Sequence record: NZ_CP137560.1
DNA from: a plasmid
Length of the DNA: 64,000 nt
Direction: 5' to 3' (one strand)
A program made the translations under genes and the position numbers. Below the pieces are notes generated by a model. That model saw only the letters and a list, made by a program, of their open reading frames with translations. It was not told where the DNA came from and ran no database searches. The number at the start of each line of letters is the position of its first letter. Positions within the stretch are counted from its first letter, which is position 1. Of this stretch, positions 19,157 through 28,131 are shown one piece after another.

Positions 19157-19741
19157 ATGATCAATTACAGTATTGCAATGATGGGCAACCCTGCCAAGAA
19201 GCAGGACCCAAAGAAAGCCTACGGTGTGGCTCAGTACACCGAGAAGATGACGCTCAGCGAATTCAGTGAGCATATCTCAAGCCACGGCAGCACATACGAT
19301 GCAGAAGACGTGGAAGCTATCCTCGGAAAAGCCGTGAAGTGTCTGCGCGAAATGCTCCTTGCCGGCAAGAAAGTGGAGTTAGGCAAGCTCGGAGAATTCT
19401 ACGTAACCCTGCACGGCAAGGGCACAGAACTCGCCAAAGACTACAACCCTGCCACCTGTGTGGAGAAGGTAAACGTGGTGTGGACTCCTGGAAGCCTCTT
19501 CGAGAACCTGAAGAAAGAGGCCACCTTCAGCTTCGTAGCAAGCCGCAACGAACAGGCAGAGGCTAAGCGAAAAGCAAAGGCACAGAACGGTGACACCAAT
19601 CCTGACAATACACCTGACCCCGGAAACAAAGAAAACCCGGACAACAAGGAGAACCCAGACGACAAGGGTAATACCGAGAATAAGGGCGACACTACCGATG
19701 GCACCGACACCGGTTCTGATGGAAGCTACGAGCTACACTAA
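19157..19741 (+). CDS. Bacteroidetes HU-like DNA-binding protein with Asp/Asn/Pro/Lys-rich C-terminal tail
   Basis: YTEKMTLSEFSEHISSHGSTYDAEDVEAILGKAVKCLREMLLAGKKVELGKLGEFYVTL matches my recollection of the Bacteroidales HU/HU-HIG family. Tail is repetitive (PDNKENPDNKENPDDKGN). Confidence 0.5.
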   Translation: MINYSIAMMGNPAKKQDPKKAYGVAQYTEKMTLSEFSEHISSHGSTYDAEDVEAILGKAVKCLREMLLAGKKVELGKLGEFYVTLHGKGTELAKDYNPATCVEKVNVVWTPGSLFENLKKEATFSFVASRNEQAEAKRKAKAQNGDTNPDNTPDPGNKENPDNKENPDDKGNTENKGDTTDGTDTGSDGSYELH

Positions 19742-19762
19742 TCCTCATACAAACAAGTAAAA

Positions 19763-19796
19763 GGGCTGCACCACGCTTGGTGCAGCCCTTCGTTTT
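19763..19796 (+). terminator. intrinsic terminator after HU-like gene
   Basis: 10-bp perfect stem GGGCTGCACC / GGTGCAGCCC with a 6-nt loop, followed by TTCGTTTT. Confidence 0.5.
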
Positions 19797-19892
19797 CACA
19801 CATATCCGGCATAATGAAACTCAAAAGTTTAAAAAATAAACCTAATAACTTAAAACAATTGAAATATAATATCTAAAAATAAGCGTATGCTC

Positions 19893-20318
19893 TTACCACG
19901 TTTTTAAATATTTTACCCTAAAGACATCCACATTCTCCAGCAGTTCCATGTGACTGTGATTGGTGTCTGTCATATAAGGATAGCTCACCTGATACTCAGC
20001 CCCCGGCTCTATGTCCTGCAGAGCTTCCCAGATACTTTCTCCTATCTCGAAGGAGGCGTGATAAGCTTCATCGTTCCAGTCGGTCACAAGATGAAGCCTG
20101 AGATCTCCAGCGCCTCTCACGCACTTCCCGAAACCGGCATCCTTCACTACGTCCCAGCTGATTGTACCGAACTCCACGAATACTGCAGGACGACTCCATT
20201 CACTTTCCTCATCTGCAAAGGCGACGTTCTCATTCCACAGGTCTATATGCTGCACTGCAGGCACCCCGTCTTCTATCGCCCTCTTGATGTCCTTATATAA
20301 GTTTTCTCTTGGATCCAT
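19893..20318 (-). CDS. hypothetical Mu-like phage protein (141 aa)
   Basis: ORF in the minus-strand early/middle cluster. Confidence 0.35.
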   Translation of the reverse strand: MDPRENLYKDIKRAIEDGVPAVQHIDLWNENVAFADEESEWSRPAVFVEFGTISWDVVKDAGFGKCVRGAGDLRLHLVTDWNDEAYHASFEIGESIWEALQDIEPGAEYQVSYPYMTDTNHSHMELLENVDVFRVKYLKTW

Positions 20319-20341
20319 ATCTATGATGTATTAATTGATTT

Positions 20342-20899
20342 CTACTTTTTAAGATCAAGATGATTGAAGTATTCCTCAAGCTCATCCTCGATAATCTTTG
20401 TCACTTCTCTCTCTATTTCCGGAGCCATGCCCAAGAACTGGCGTTTCGGTATTTTGATGGTCTTACCCACCTTCATCAGCGCCATCGCCTTCCAGAATTC
20501 GGCATTGCTCGAGAGTTGCTGGTTCTTTTTGTTGTTCCGAAGTGAGCCGTTCTTTTTACGGCCAAACGACCCCGAAGCTTCGTAGTACTTATGCCAGAAA
20601 TACCGCTTCATCTTCTCCGTTACCTTAATCTCTCCACCTTCGTTATGGATGGCAGCATAGGGAGAGGAAGAGAAGAACGTGATAGAGGTAGCATCGCTCC
20701 GGCTCTGAACGCTCTTTCTCAGGTCGCCCGAGGCTACGAGGATATGCCCGTCGCCTCTTATCGGACTTTTCCGTCTTGCCCAAGCCTTGGTAAAGAACCC
20801 CTGACGCTCAAAGTTCTTGTCGAACTCGTCACCGATCTCCACCCTGATATCACTCAGAATATGTCTGATCACTACCGATAAATCATTATTTCCTGCCAT
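20342..20899 (-). CDS. hypothetical phage protein (possibly Mu gpG-like virion morphogenesis protein)
   Basis: 185 aa. Function guessed from size and Mu-like context only. Confidence 0.3.
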   Translation of the reverse strand: MAGNNDLSVVIRHILSDIRVEIGDEFDKNFERQGFFTKAWARRKSPIRGDGHILVASGDLRKSVQSRSDATSITFFSSSPYAAIHNEGGEIKVTEKMKRYFWHKYYEASGSFGRKKNGSLRNNKKNQQLSSNAEFWKAMALMKVGKTIKIPKRQFLGMAPEIEREVTKIIEDELEEYFNHLDLKK

Positions 20900-20941
20900 G
20901 CCCTACCCATTCAACATTCAACACTCAACATTCAACATTTA

Positions 20942-21184
20942 TTATTCCCATCCTTCAAACTTCAGGAAGGGTTCGTCGTCTTTAGGAATCTCATTACGAG
21001 GGTCGGCGCTCGCATTCAGAATATTATATAGCTGCCGCTCACTGATGGCGTACTTCGGATAGATGTACCGCCTCCAGATTTCACGATTGGATATGCCCAT
21101 TTTGGCATATTCATCGTATATCGCATTGATGTCAGCTACCCGTTTCTTGTAGCTAAGTCCGTTCCTTTGATGAAATTTCCGCAA
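20942..21184 (-). CDS. hypothetical protein (80 aa)
   Basis: ORF flanked by heptamer repeats. Confidence 0.3.
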   Translation of the reverse strand: MRKFHQRNGLSYKKRVADINAIYDEYAKMGISNREIWRRYIYPKYAISERQLYNILNASADPRNEIPKDDEPFLKFEGWE

Positions 21185-21240
21185 AACAACTTTCCCTTCC
21201 TTACTATTTACAAACGTTATAACATGGTCTCTCTTTATTT

Positions 21241-21996
21241 CTACTCTTCTTCAGAGCCTTCCTCCTCTGTCGCTTCCTTCTCGTTTTTCGGTGCGATGAA
21301 GATACGGCAGAAACTTGGCTCCATCCTGTGCCAGATGCCCAACTTCGGATCACGCTTGAAGAAGTAGTAATTGGTAGCATTCTTCTGCACCACATTCGAC
21401 TCCTTGAAAAGCGCCATGATTTCGGCGTATTCCTGGTCGTTGAATTTATCCTCCAACTCGTAGAGTTTACTGATACTCTTGTAGTCGAGATCTCCGGACT
21501 GGTTGCGCTCCAGGAGTGTCATCGCCAACTGATACATCGGGTCGTTCTGTCCCTTCTCGCTTCTCTGCATATACTCCTTCAGGAAGGTGACAAGGCGCTC
21601 GGCTGCAAGGTCTGCACGCTCATCGAAACCCTTCACCTTACTGCAGCTTACCAGGAGTCGGAAGTTTCCGTCCGTAATGGTGTAGTTGCGCTGGTCGTCA
21701 TTCTTTACCTGTCCATACTGTCTCATGATGGCCGTGAATGCCTCCACTTCGCGCTCAAGCCATTGTTTGAAGCTCTTGGTATCAGACATTACCGTGATAA
21801 GATTTTCCTCCACACGGTGCATAAAATCGGCTCGCAGACCCTCATAGGCATCACGCTTGTTGATACGTTCATTCTTGACCTCTGCGTTGAGTTGCTGGCG
21901 GAGCGCCTCTTTCTGTTCGTCACTCAATGATGAGATATCAAACTGTCCCTGCTGAGTATTGCCTTCAGCTGGGCTGATTTTTTCGTTCTTTTCCAT
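21241..21996 (-). CDS. hypothetical Mu-like early-region protein (251 aa, acidic C-terminus)
   Basis: ORF in the early region. Possibly a DUF3164-like family; not verifiable here. Confidence 0.35.
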   Translation of the reverse strand: MEKNEKISPAEGNTQQGQFDISSLSDEQKEALRQQLNAEVKNERINKRDAYEGLRADFMHRVEENLITVMSDTKSFKQWLEREVEAFTAIMRQYGQVKNDDQRNYTITDGNFRLLVSCSKVKGFDERADLAAERLVTFLKEYMQRSEKGQNDPMYQLAMTLLERNQSGDLDYKSISKLYELEDKFNDQEYAEIMALFKESNVVQKNATNYYFFKRDPKLGIWHRMEPSFCRIFIAPKNEKEATEEEGSEEE

Positions 21997-22474
21997 AACC
22001 TAATAGTATTACTTGTGATTGATTAATATTTTGTTCTTTACTCCCAAAGGATTCTTTGCTCTTCACTCTTTCTTCTTCCCTCCCAAGTCCTCCCTTGCGC
22101 TTGATGGCTCTCAGTTTGCGTTCGAGAGCTTCGAGGTCAGGGATATCCAACTGGGCAAACACCTTGCCGCATATTCTCGGGTGAGAGCAGAAGTCATTGA
22201 TGCGCTGCCAGTCTCCGGTGTTGACCCCTAACTCCTGCATCAGACGCAGACAGATGGAGCGGTGCCGCTTGCGCTGATCTCCATACCCGCACATGTTCTC
22301 GAGAGCCTTGCACATGTCGGTATATTCTCTCGTCGTCATCTCGCGAAGATGTGAGGTGCGACCCTTCGTGTACGTTGAGACGAGGGATTCTTTCTGCTCT
22401 TCCTCATCTCCATAGTGCGGTACTTTCTTGAAGGCGGCATAAAAACGCCTGTAGTTCTTAACTGATCCTGCCAT
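21965..22474 (-). CDS. hypothetical Mu-like early-region protein (169 aa; GemA/gp16-like?)
   Basis: Basic protein with CxxC...C...H residues. Assignment is tentative. Confidence 0.3.
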   Translation of the reverse strand: MAGSVKNYRRFYAAFKKVPHYGDEEEQKESLVSTYTKGRTSHLREMTTREYTDMCKALENMCGYGDQRKRHRSICLRLMQELGVNTGDWQRINDFCSHPRICGKVFAQLDIPDLEALERKLRAIKRKGGLGREEERVKSKESFGSKEQNINQSQVILLGYGKERKNQPS

Positions 22475-22557
22475 CCGTATTTCCCTTTAAATTGTACTAC
22501 GTATATCATTCGAAAGCCGTTTTAACGCTGTTCTTACATCTACGAAACCGTTTACCG

Positions 22558-22839
22558 CTAAGATTGAACGGTTATTGATCCGTCGTTCAGAAGACGGTAC
22601 TCTAAGTAATGTTCACGGGCGATCTCGAGTATATAGCCCACACCTCCAGCCAGGTCCATCTCTTGAAGGATTGGTATATTATCAAAACAGAGGTATATTT
22701 TGCCCTCAAATTCTCTCGCCTGCAAGCGGCTAAGTGCCTCACGTTTGATGTTTCGCTCGTGCTTGAGCATCTTCTGACGGTGAGCTTCTTCTGAGATCTT
22801 CTTCCACCATGCCTTAACGGCAAAAAACAATTTCTTCAT
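22558..22839 (-). CDS. hypothetical small protein (93 aa)
   Basis: ORF only. Confidence 0.3.
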   Translation of the reverse strand: MKKLFFAVKAWWKKISEEAHRQKMLKHERNIKREALSRLQAREFEGKIYLCFDNIPILQEMDLAGGVGYILEIAREHYLEYRLLNDGSITVQS

Positions 22840-23082
22840 AATTACAAGTATTATTATTAGTTTATAATTTTGTCGCAGCTTTAGCGCTGCATTGCCTTTA
22901 TCAAATCCCGTCGAGTATATAGTCCATACTGTTCAGGTATTCATTTTTCATCGCATCTGCATTCATATCGGACACCTTGCCCGCTACTTCCTCATAGATC
23001 TGCGACTGGTCCAGATAAGAGAAGTCTTTCGTCTTTCTCTTGATGTATTCTATGATTTCATTTACTACCTCTTCCATAATTC

Positions 23083-23706
23083 TCAAATATTATTACTTGC
23101 CTGGATGAGTCCATCCTCCCATACTCTGAAGGTAGCTCCGGCTTCTCCGATGAATCGACCCTGGCAGACTGCCTCGTAGCCGACTACTCTCACTTTCACG
23201 CCCGCCATATACTTCAGCCTGACTGCAGGCTTGCCCAATGGCTGGCTCTTCGCTTCCTGCGAGATGAAGATAAAACTCTTTCGGGGAAACTCATTCACCA
23301 AGGCTTCTACCTGTGCGTATTCCCAGTGAGAGTACTGGAAGGAGTCCACGATGATGAACTTCGGACCCTTGCGCTGCTTCAGCATTCTTTTCAGGTTCTC
23401 CAGGTCCGAATCGATGCAGACTCTAAACCTGCCTTGCTCTTCCTCCATGTGAAACCGCTCGATACGCTTCTTAAAGCTCATGCTCACTTTCTCTTCATAA
23501 GAACAGTAGAGCACCACGCCGTATTCGCAGAGTTTCTTGGCGAGCTGCATCACGAAAGAGCTCTTACCACCAGCCGAAGGTCCCGAGATAAACCAGGTAT
23601 CATACGTATCCGGCTGCCCGAAGCACCGCTCCCATTCTCCACCCCAGGGTATCGGCTTGTAAGTCATCTTCAGTATCTCCCTGGGACTGTATGCTCTTTT
23701 TGCCAT
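23083..23706 (-). CDS. P-loop NTPase (RecA/KaiC-like fold?), 207 aa
   Basis: Walker A GPSAGGKSS and Walker B-like FIIVDSFQ. Directly downstream of the MuB-like gene. Confidence 0.5.
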   Translation of the reverse strand: MAKRAYSPREILKMTYKPIPWGGEWERCFGQPDTYDTWFISGPSAGGKSSFVMQLAKKLCEYGVVLYCSYEEKVSMSFKKRIERFHMEEEQGRFRVCIDSDLENLKRMLKQRKGPKFIIVDSFQYSHWEYAQVEALVNEFPRKSFIFISQEAKSQPLGKPAVRLKYMAGVKVRVVGYEAVCQGRFIGEAGATFRVWEDGLIQASNNI

Positions 23707-23762
23707 ATTTATCTAAAGCAAGAATGCTCTTTTTACTTTTTTACCTTTTTACTTTTTTACCT

Positions 23763-24641
23763 TTAAGAGATTTTCAGCTTCTCTATCTCGGTATATACTC
23801 GTCTCAATCCGCCTCGGGTCTGTCTCACGATGGTGGCGACGTCATATCCCTCCGGGGCATTCACCTTGGCCACGATGGCAGCCTGCTTCATCAGGAACTT
23901 CTCGCGCTCCTTACCGTCGTCGGGTGTCACCTTACAGTATCGCCCACCGTAACGGCTCAGCATCTCGGTATATCCCACCTTCTTGCAGTCGATGCTTCGG
24001 TTGATCTTCTCCTTCAGTCCGTCGGCTCCCATCATATACCAGCCGCAGCAGTGCTCGGTGGCGTTCCAGAGTGCCTTCAGTTCCAGGAATGCCTCATACT
24101 GCAGATCGCCTGCCTCGTCGAGGATAATAAGCGGTGAGTCGATGGAGCGGAGGTAGTAGGTGAGGTCTTCATATACATCTCCGTAGGTTCCCTTGCTGTC
24201 AAGTCCGAACTCTGCCGCTATCTTGCGTATCAGGCGGCGCTTGGTCTTCACCTGAGAGCAGTCTATATAGGCTGCGTTCTTGTGGCTCTGTACGTAATAC
24301 TTGGCGGTGTAGGTCTTGCCGATATTAGGCTCGTCGCAGAGGATCATCGAGAGAGCAGAGCTCTGTGCGGTCTCCAACTGCTTCGTCACGATGAGGAAGG
24401 TGTCGGTCTTGCCTGTCTTCCATTCTATCTCGTGACGCAGACTTACACCCAAGCGTCTGGCCAGGCGTATCCAGTTGCCGTCGCTGATGGTGCGGTCCGT
24501 CTGTCCCTGCTTTACCATGGAATAGACTGAGGTGGCCAAACCGAGCACCTTTGCGTGCTTGCTGTCACTGTCGAAGCGGACACGGTCTTGGGCCATCGCC
24601 GCCAAAATCTTCTTTTTCTGTTCTGTTGTTATCATTGCCAT
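23763..24641 (-). CDS. MuB-like transposition AAA+ ATPase
   Basis: N-terminal HTH-like region, Walker A EPNIGKTYT, Walker B LIILDEAGD. Follows the transposase in the same orientation, as in Mu A-B. Confidence 0.6.
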   Translation of the reverse strand: MAMITTEQKKKILAAMAQDRVRFDSDSKHAKVLGLATSVYSMVKQGQTDRTISDGNWIRLARRLGVSLRHEIEWKTGKTDTFLIVTKQLETAQSSALSMILCDEPNIGKTYTAKYYVQSHKNAAYIDCSQVKTKRRLIRKIAAEFGLDSKGTYGDVYEDLTYYLRSIDSPLIILDEAGDLQYEAFLELKALWNATEHCCGWYMMGADGLKEKINRSIDCKKVGYTEMLSRYGGRYCKVTPDDGKEREKFLMKQAAIVAKVNAPEGYDVATIVRQTRGGLRRVYTEIEKLKIS

Positions 24642-24657
24642 AAGTTTTTGAAGTTTT

Positions 24658-26742
24658 TTATATCATGTCGATCGCACGCTGCAGGATATCTTCCTCGGTC
24701 TCGTCGTCCGTAAAGACGTCCATCGGTTCCGTGTCTGGTAGTTCTGCAGTAAGTTCCTGTATCTCTTCCGGCTCATCTGCCTGGCTGTCGGTCTTGCCTA
24801 TATCCCTTTCTGCCTCCATCGTTCCGAGAGCGGGAACCATGTTGTTATCTACGTAGGTATTGAACTCCCTTACCTTCTTCTGCTGATGATAGAACTTTCT
24901 GCGGTCTTCCTCGGTCTGTTCTGCCATCACTCGGTTGTAGGTTTCTACCTTCTCCACCTGGTCGATGAATCTGTCGCCCTGGAAGATGAACACATCCTGT
25001 GGCTTCCCGTCCTCATCCGGCAGATAGTAGGCGGTCACCTTGTAGTTGTTAGGCGCTAAGCGCTCCAATACTTCGGGCTTGCTCAGCCACCAGTCTGCAT
25101 AGGCTACTCTTACCGTAGAGTTTCGCCTTACCGAGGTCTCCACCTTCTCGCCGATATATCGGGCAAGGGTAATGGCATCGAATGGGCGCAGATTCGGGTT
25201 GATATGCTCCATCAGCACGTCCCATCGGGTCATACCGGGATATTTCTTCTGATTAGGGTGCAGTGTATGGTTCCACTCGTAGTTGTCGCGGCGGTCGTCC
25301 GCCACAAGCTCATCGAATGAGTAATACTGCTTGTCTTCCCAGGTATCATTGCTCGCATCGCTTATCTTCTTGGATTCCACTCTGTATTTCCACTTGCCGT
25401 AGAATCGGCCGATACCTACGTGATTGCGGTGGATGATGCGCCGCTTCTTGGCTCCGTTGAGGTTTTCCGCCTGTTTCTCCTGCGAGTTGAGAGGCGCACA
25501 GTAGCGCACATAGCTGAACACCGTTCCTTCCTGGAGCAGGGTGTACTTGTATTCAGACATCAGGTGGTTCTCTACCTCAATACCTGCCGGAATGCCCCAG
25601 CCATGCTTGGCTATCAGCCTGAACATCTCTCTGAAGCATTCCTTCACCAGGTTCTGGTCCTTGTCCCTGGAATAGCTGGCGCCTAACACGCACTGGCTCA
25701 CCGAATCATAGGCATAGTAGGCTTTCACCCTCAGTTTCGTATCCTTCAGTTTGCGGGTCAGATCCACGTCATCCATGGTTATCTGGCTCAGCGAGTATTC
25801 TCCGGCATGGCGGTGCATGTGTGGCATACTCTCGTGCATGAAGGCGCTCCAGCTCAGCTGACTCTTATCCCAGATAAGCCTGTTCTTCGGCTTATTCAGG
25901 ATGTTTCTGATGGTACTGTCGCTCAAACTCTTCGGATTCCCATCCTTGTCACAGAAATCTTCCGGGTCGAACAGCTCTCCAGTCTGAACATCATAAACAT
26001 CAAGCTCGCCGCATACGAAGGAGTCATACAGTTCCTTTACCTGGGAGTTATAAGGCTTATTAGGAAGGCATTGCAGGCCGATGACCAGCTTCTCCGTCTT
26101 TACGTCAACCTTTCTGGTGTTCTGGTTGCCGAACTTGCCACTGATTAGTACGCCGTAGCCGCCAGCCTTATACTCATTTACCTTCTTCCTGAATCTCAGT
26201 GTCGATTCGGGTAGGGTATGATGATAGGTCTCCTTCAATATCTTGATGGTACTTGCCATCATGTCCCAGTCGTAGCGTTCGCCCATCAGCTTGCGGTAGG
26301 CGGAGGCTCGTTCGTAGAGCTTGATACAGGTATTGAGTACCGAAGCATTCACCACATACTCCTGGATCTTCTCCGCCGACAGGTCTAACCCTGTCTGCTG
26401 CCTGCTCTGAAAGTAGCACATGGCGTGCTGATCTACCTCATAATTGGAAGTAATCCATCCTCGCAGCCTTACTTCGGGACCTCCGGGGAACTCTACTTCC
26501 ACCGCCTTGCGGTATTTGGTAGGCAAGCTATCTACGGCAATAAGAGCCGTGCAGCCGCTTGCGCCACCGCCTCGACGTACCACATTTAATCTCTTGCGAT
26601 TCACCGAAGAGTCGTAGCAACTCTTGCTCATGATGCCCGTTCCAACAAGTTCTGTCGCAGATATACAAAGTGTATTGCCGTAATATTCCATAACTATAAT
26701 TTCTTTGCGTTTTGATTTTCGTACTTGCCACTTACGAGACAA
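24658..26742 (-). CDS. Mu-type DDE transposase (MuA-like); probable start MEYYGNTL at 26691
   Basis: 694 aa with an N-terminal winged-helix-like DNA-binding region and acidic C-terminus. A MuB-like gene lies downstream and Mu-like portal/MuF genes elsewhere in the same element. Confidence 0.65.
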   Translation of the reverse strand: MSRKWQVRKSKRKEIIVMEYYGNTLCISATELVGTGIMSKSCYDSSVNRKRLNVVRRGGGASGCTALIAVDSLPTKYRKAVEVEFPGGPEVRLRGWITSNYEVDQHAMCYFQSRQQTGLDLSAEKIQEYVVNASVLNTCIKLYERASAYRKLMGERYDWDMMASTIKILKETYHHTLPESTLRFRKKVNEYKAGGYGVLISGKFGNQNTRKVDVKTEKLVIGLQCLPNKPYNSQVKELYDSFVCGELDVYDVQTGELFDPEDFCDKDGNPKSLSDSTIRNILNKPKNRLIWDKSQLSWSAFMHESMPHMHRHAGEYSLSQITMDDVDLTRKLKDTKLRVKAYYAYDSVSQCVLGASYSRDKDQNLVKECFREMFRLIAKHGWGIPAGIEVENHLMSEYKYTLLQEGTVFSYVRYCAPLNSQEKQAENLNGAKKRRIIHRNHVGIGRFYGKWKYRVESKKISDASNDTWEDKQYYSFDELVADDRRDNYEWNHTLHPNQKKYPGMTRWDVLMEHINPNLRPFDAITLARYIGEKVETSVRRNSTVRVAYADWWLSKPEVLERLAPNNYKVTAYYLPDEDGKPQDVFIFQGDRFIDQVEKVETYNRVMAEQTEEDRRKFYHQQKKVREFNTYVDNNMVPALGTMEAERDIGKTDSQADEPEEIQELTAELPDTEPMDVFTDDETEEDILQRAIDMI

Positions 26743-27265
26743 GCATAGCCATTTCTTTCGAACAAATTCATCTTTTCGCGAAGTCTCAAAGGAGATGCCG
26801 GCAACTTATGATCATAATCGGCTCTTAGCTCTTTTACAGCATCTGCCAAAGATATCCAGTCGAACTTATCTCCCATTAACGGCTGCCAATATATACCATG
26901 ATAATAAAGCTTTATACAACATCTCAGCATTGACGCATTTGCTATGCATCTCGCCTTCGCTTCAACTGTCAGGTCCTTATCGAAAAAGAACTCAGAAGCT
27001 TTAGAGTCTATGCAAAGGTTTTCCTTAAGCCATTTTTTATTCTAAGCATATTGCCGCTTGGAATAACCGCTTCTAGTTTAAGGCGATACTTTACAGGTAG
27101 GCTATCAACTTCAACGAGAGCTGTATTTCCTTTTGCGCCACCGCCTCGACGTACCACGTTAATGCGGTTTCTTGTAGCCATCTTTTTGTAATTAGCCGGA
27201 CTCATAATGCCCGCCTCACAAAGTTCTGACACAGATATGCAAAGTGTATTGCCGTAATATTCCAT
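26694..27265 (-). pseudogene. tandem partial duplicate of transposase 5' third, in two frames (ORFs 27008-27265 and 26694-26930)
   Basis: The 85-aa ORF MEYYGNTLCISVSELCEAGIMSPANYKKMATRNRINVVRRGGGAKGNTALVEVDSLPVKY parallels transposase residues 18-80. The 78-aa ORF parallels residues ~135-205 (DWISLADAVKELRADYDHKLPASPLRLREK vs DWDMMASTIKILKETYHHTLPESTLRFRKK). DNA around 27230-27260 repeats 26660-26690 (caaagtgtattgccgtaatattccataactata). Confidence 0.5.
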
Positions 27266-27380
27266 AACTATAACCTTTCTTTATTCTTCACTGGTGAAAT
27301 AATCCCAGTTTCTACCCATACAGATGCCTACAGAGAGACATACGATGACTGTAATCAGATACCAAGTAATGTCCATAACT

Positions 27381-27827
27381 CTATCCTCCAACTCTAAATC
27401 CACGTTCCAGACGTTCTCTCATGCCAGGATTGCCGATGATTTCGGCATCCTTCTGCTTCCACCTTGCTGCCATGATCTGAAGCGACGGCATCTCTCGGAC
27501 CAAGACATTGTCCGCAGATACCATTTCCTTACCCTTGAAGAAGATGGTAGCATTACCCGTCTTCTTGTCGAACTCCAGTACCGCTCCGTTGGAGAAGTAT
27601 TGTCTGAAGCTTCCTTCATGGTCGAAAAGCAAGGTATCACCCTTTTCGGCAACCACCGTCTCCACGCCACCGTTGATTTTGGCGTACTGGCGGATACGCT
27701 TTGCCTTGTCGCTCATGCCCCGCTTGGGGTCGAAGGTGAGAGCAAGCCAGATAGCTTGGTCTGACACCTTGAAGGTCTTGCGTATTCCTTCGCGTACCTT
27801 CGTGCTTACGTCTATTGCTCTTTTCAT
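27381..27827 (-). CDS. hypothetical protein at prophage terminus (148 aa)
   Basis: ORF chosen over the antisense ORF 27324-27764. Function unknown. Confidence 0.35.
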   Translation of the reverse strand: MKRAIDVSTKVREGIRKTFKVSDQAIWLALTFDPKRGMSDKAKRIRQYAKINGGVETVVAEKGDTLLFDHEGSFRQYFSNGAVLEFDKKTGNATIFFKGKEMVSADNVLVREMPSLQIMAARWKQKDAEIIGNPGMRERLERGFRVGG

Positions 27828-27856
27828 ATTCTAACAATATTATAATCCTTTTCTAA

Positions 27857-27885
27857 TGGTGGAGGAAGGCGGAGTCGAACCGCCT
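27857..27885 (-). other. tRNA 3' fragment (T-arm + acceptor 3' strand + CCA), att-site-like remnant
   Basis: Minus-strand sequence AGGCGGTTCGACTCCGCCTTCCTCCACCA: T-stem GGCGG/CCGCC, T-loop TTCGACT, 7-nt acceptor strand, discriminator A, CCA. No complementary 5' acceptor strand or cloverleaf upstream. Confidence 0.5.
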
Positions 27886-28131
27886 TTCTGGCAAATCTTA
27901 CTATGCAGTTATCATGTAAGCTTATCCGTGCCTTTAATCCATTTTCGCTCACTCCGTGCGTCCTGCATTCCAACTACCTCCAAGTTGCCGGGATACGTTG
28001 CCCGGCTCGTTGTTAATCCTGATTCTTTCTACCTTATAAAAACTAAACTTATGGCAAACATTAAGTATTTTTCGCTCAAAATGCTTATCTTTGCATCGAA
28101 ATACATGTTTCACTAAAAATATATATAGCTT

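Larger units (their letters stand above)
1..27850. mobile_element. Mu-like transposable siphovirus prophage (partial; extends beyond window start)
   Basis: Co-occurrence of MuA/MuB-like genes, Mu gp29-like portal and MuF, together with a siphovirus-type tail module (major tail protein, G/GT, tape measure). Confidence 0.65.

Noticed and set aside
11776-23760. CRISPR array interpretation of the short tandem repeats
   Set aside because: The repeat units are 7-8 bp and contiguous. There are no spacers, no 25-40-bp repeats and no cas genes.
27857-27990. A complete tRNA (or tmRNA) gene on the minus strand ending at 27857
   Set aside because: Only the T-arm, acceptor 3' strand and CCA can be folded. 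The best upstream partner for the acceptor stem (GGAGGTA at ~27975) would give a ~125-nt molecule with no D or anticodon arms. A tmRNA would need ~350 nt and would run through a probable protein-coding region.
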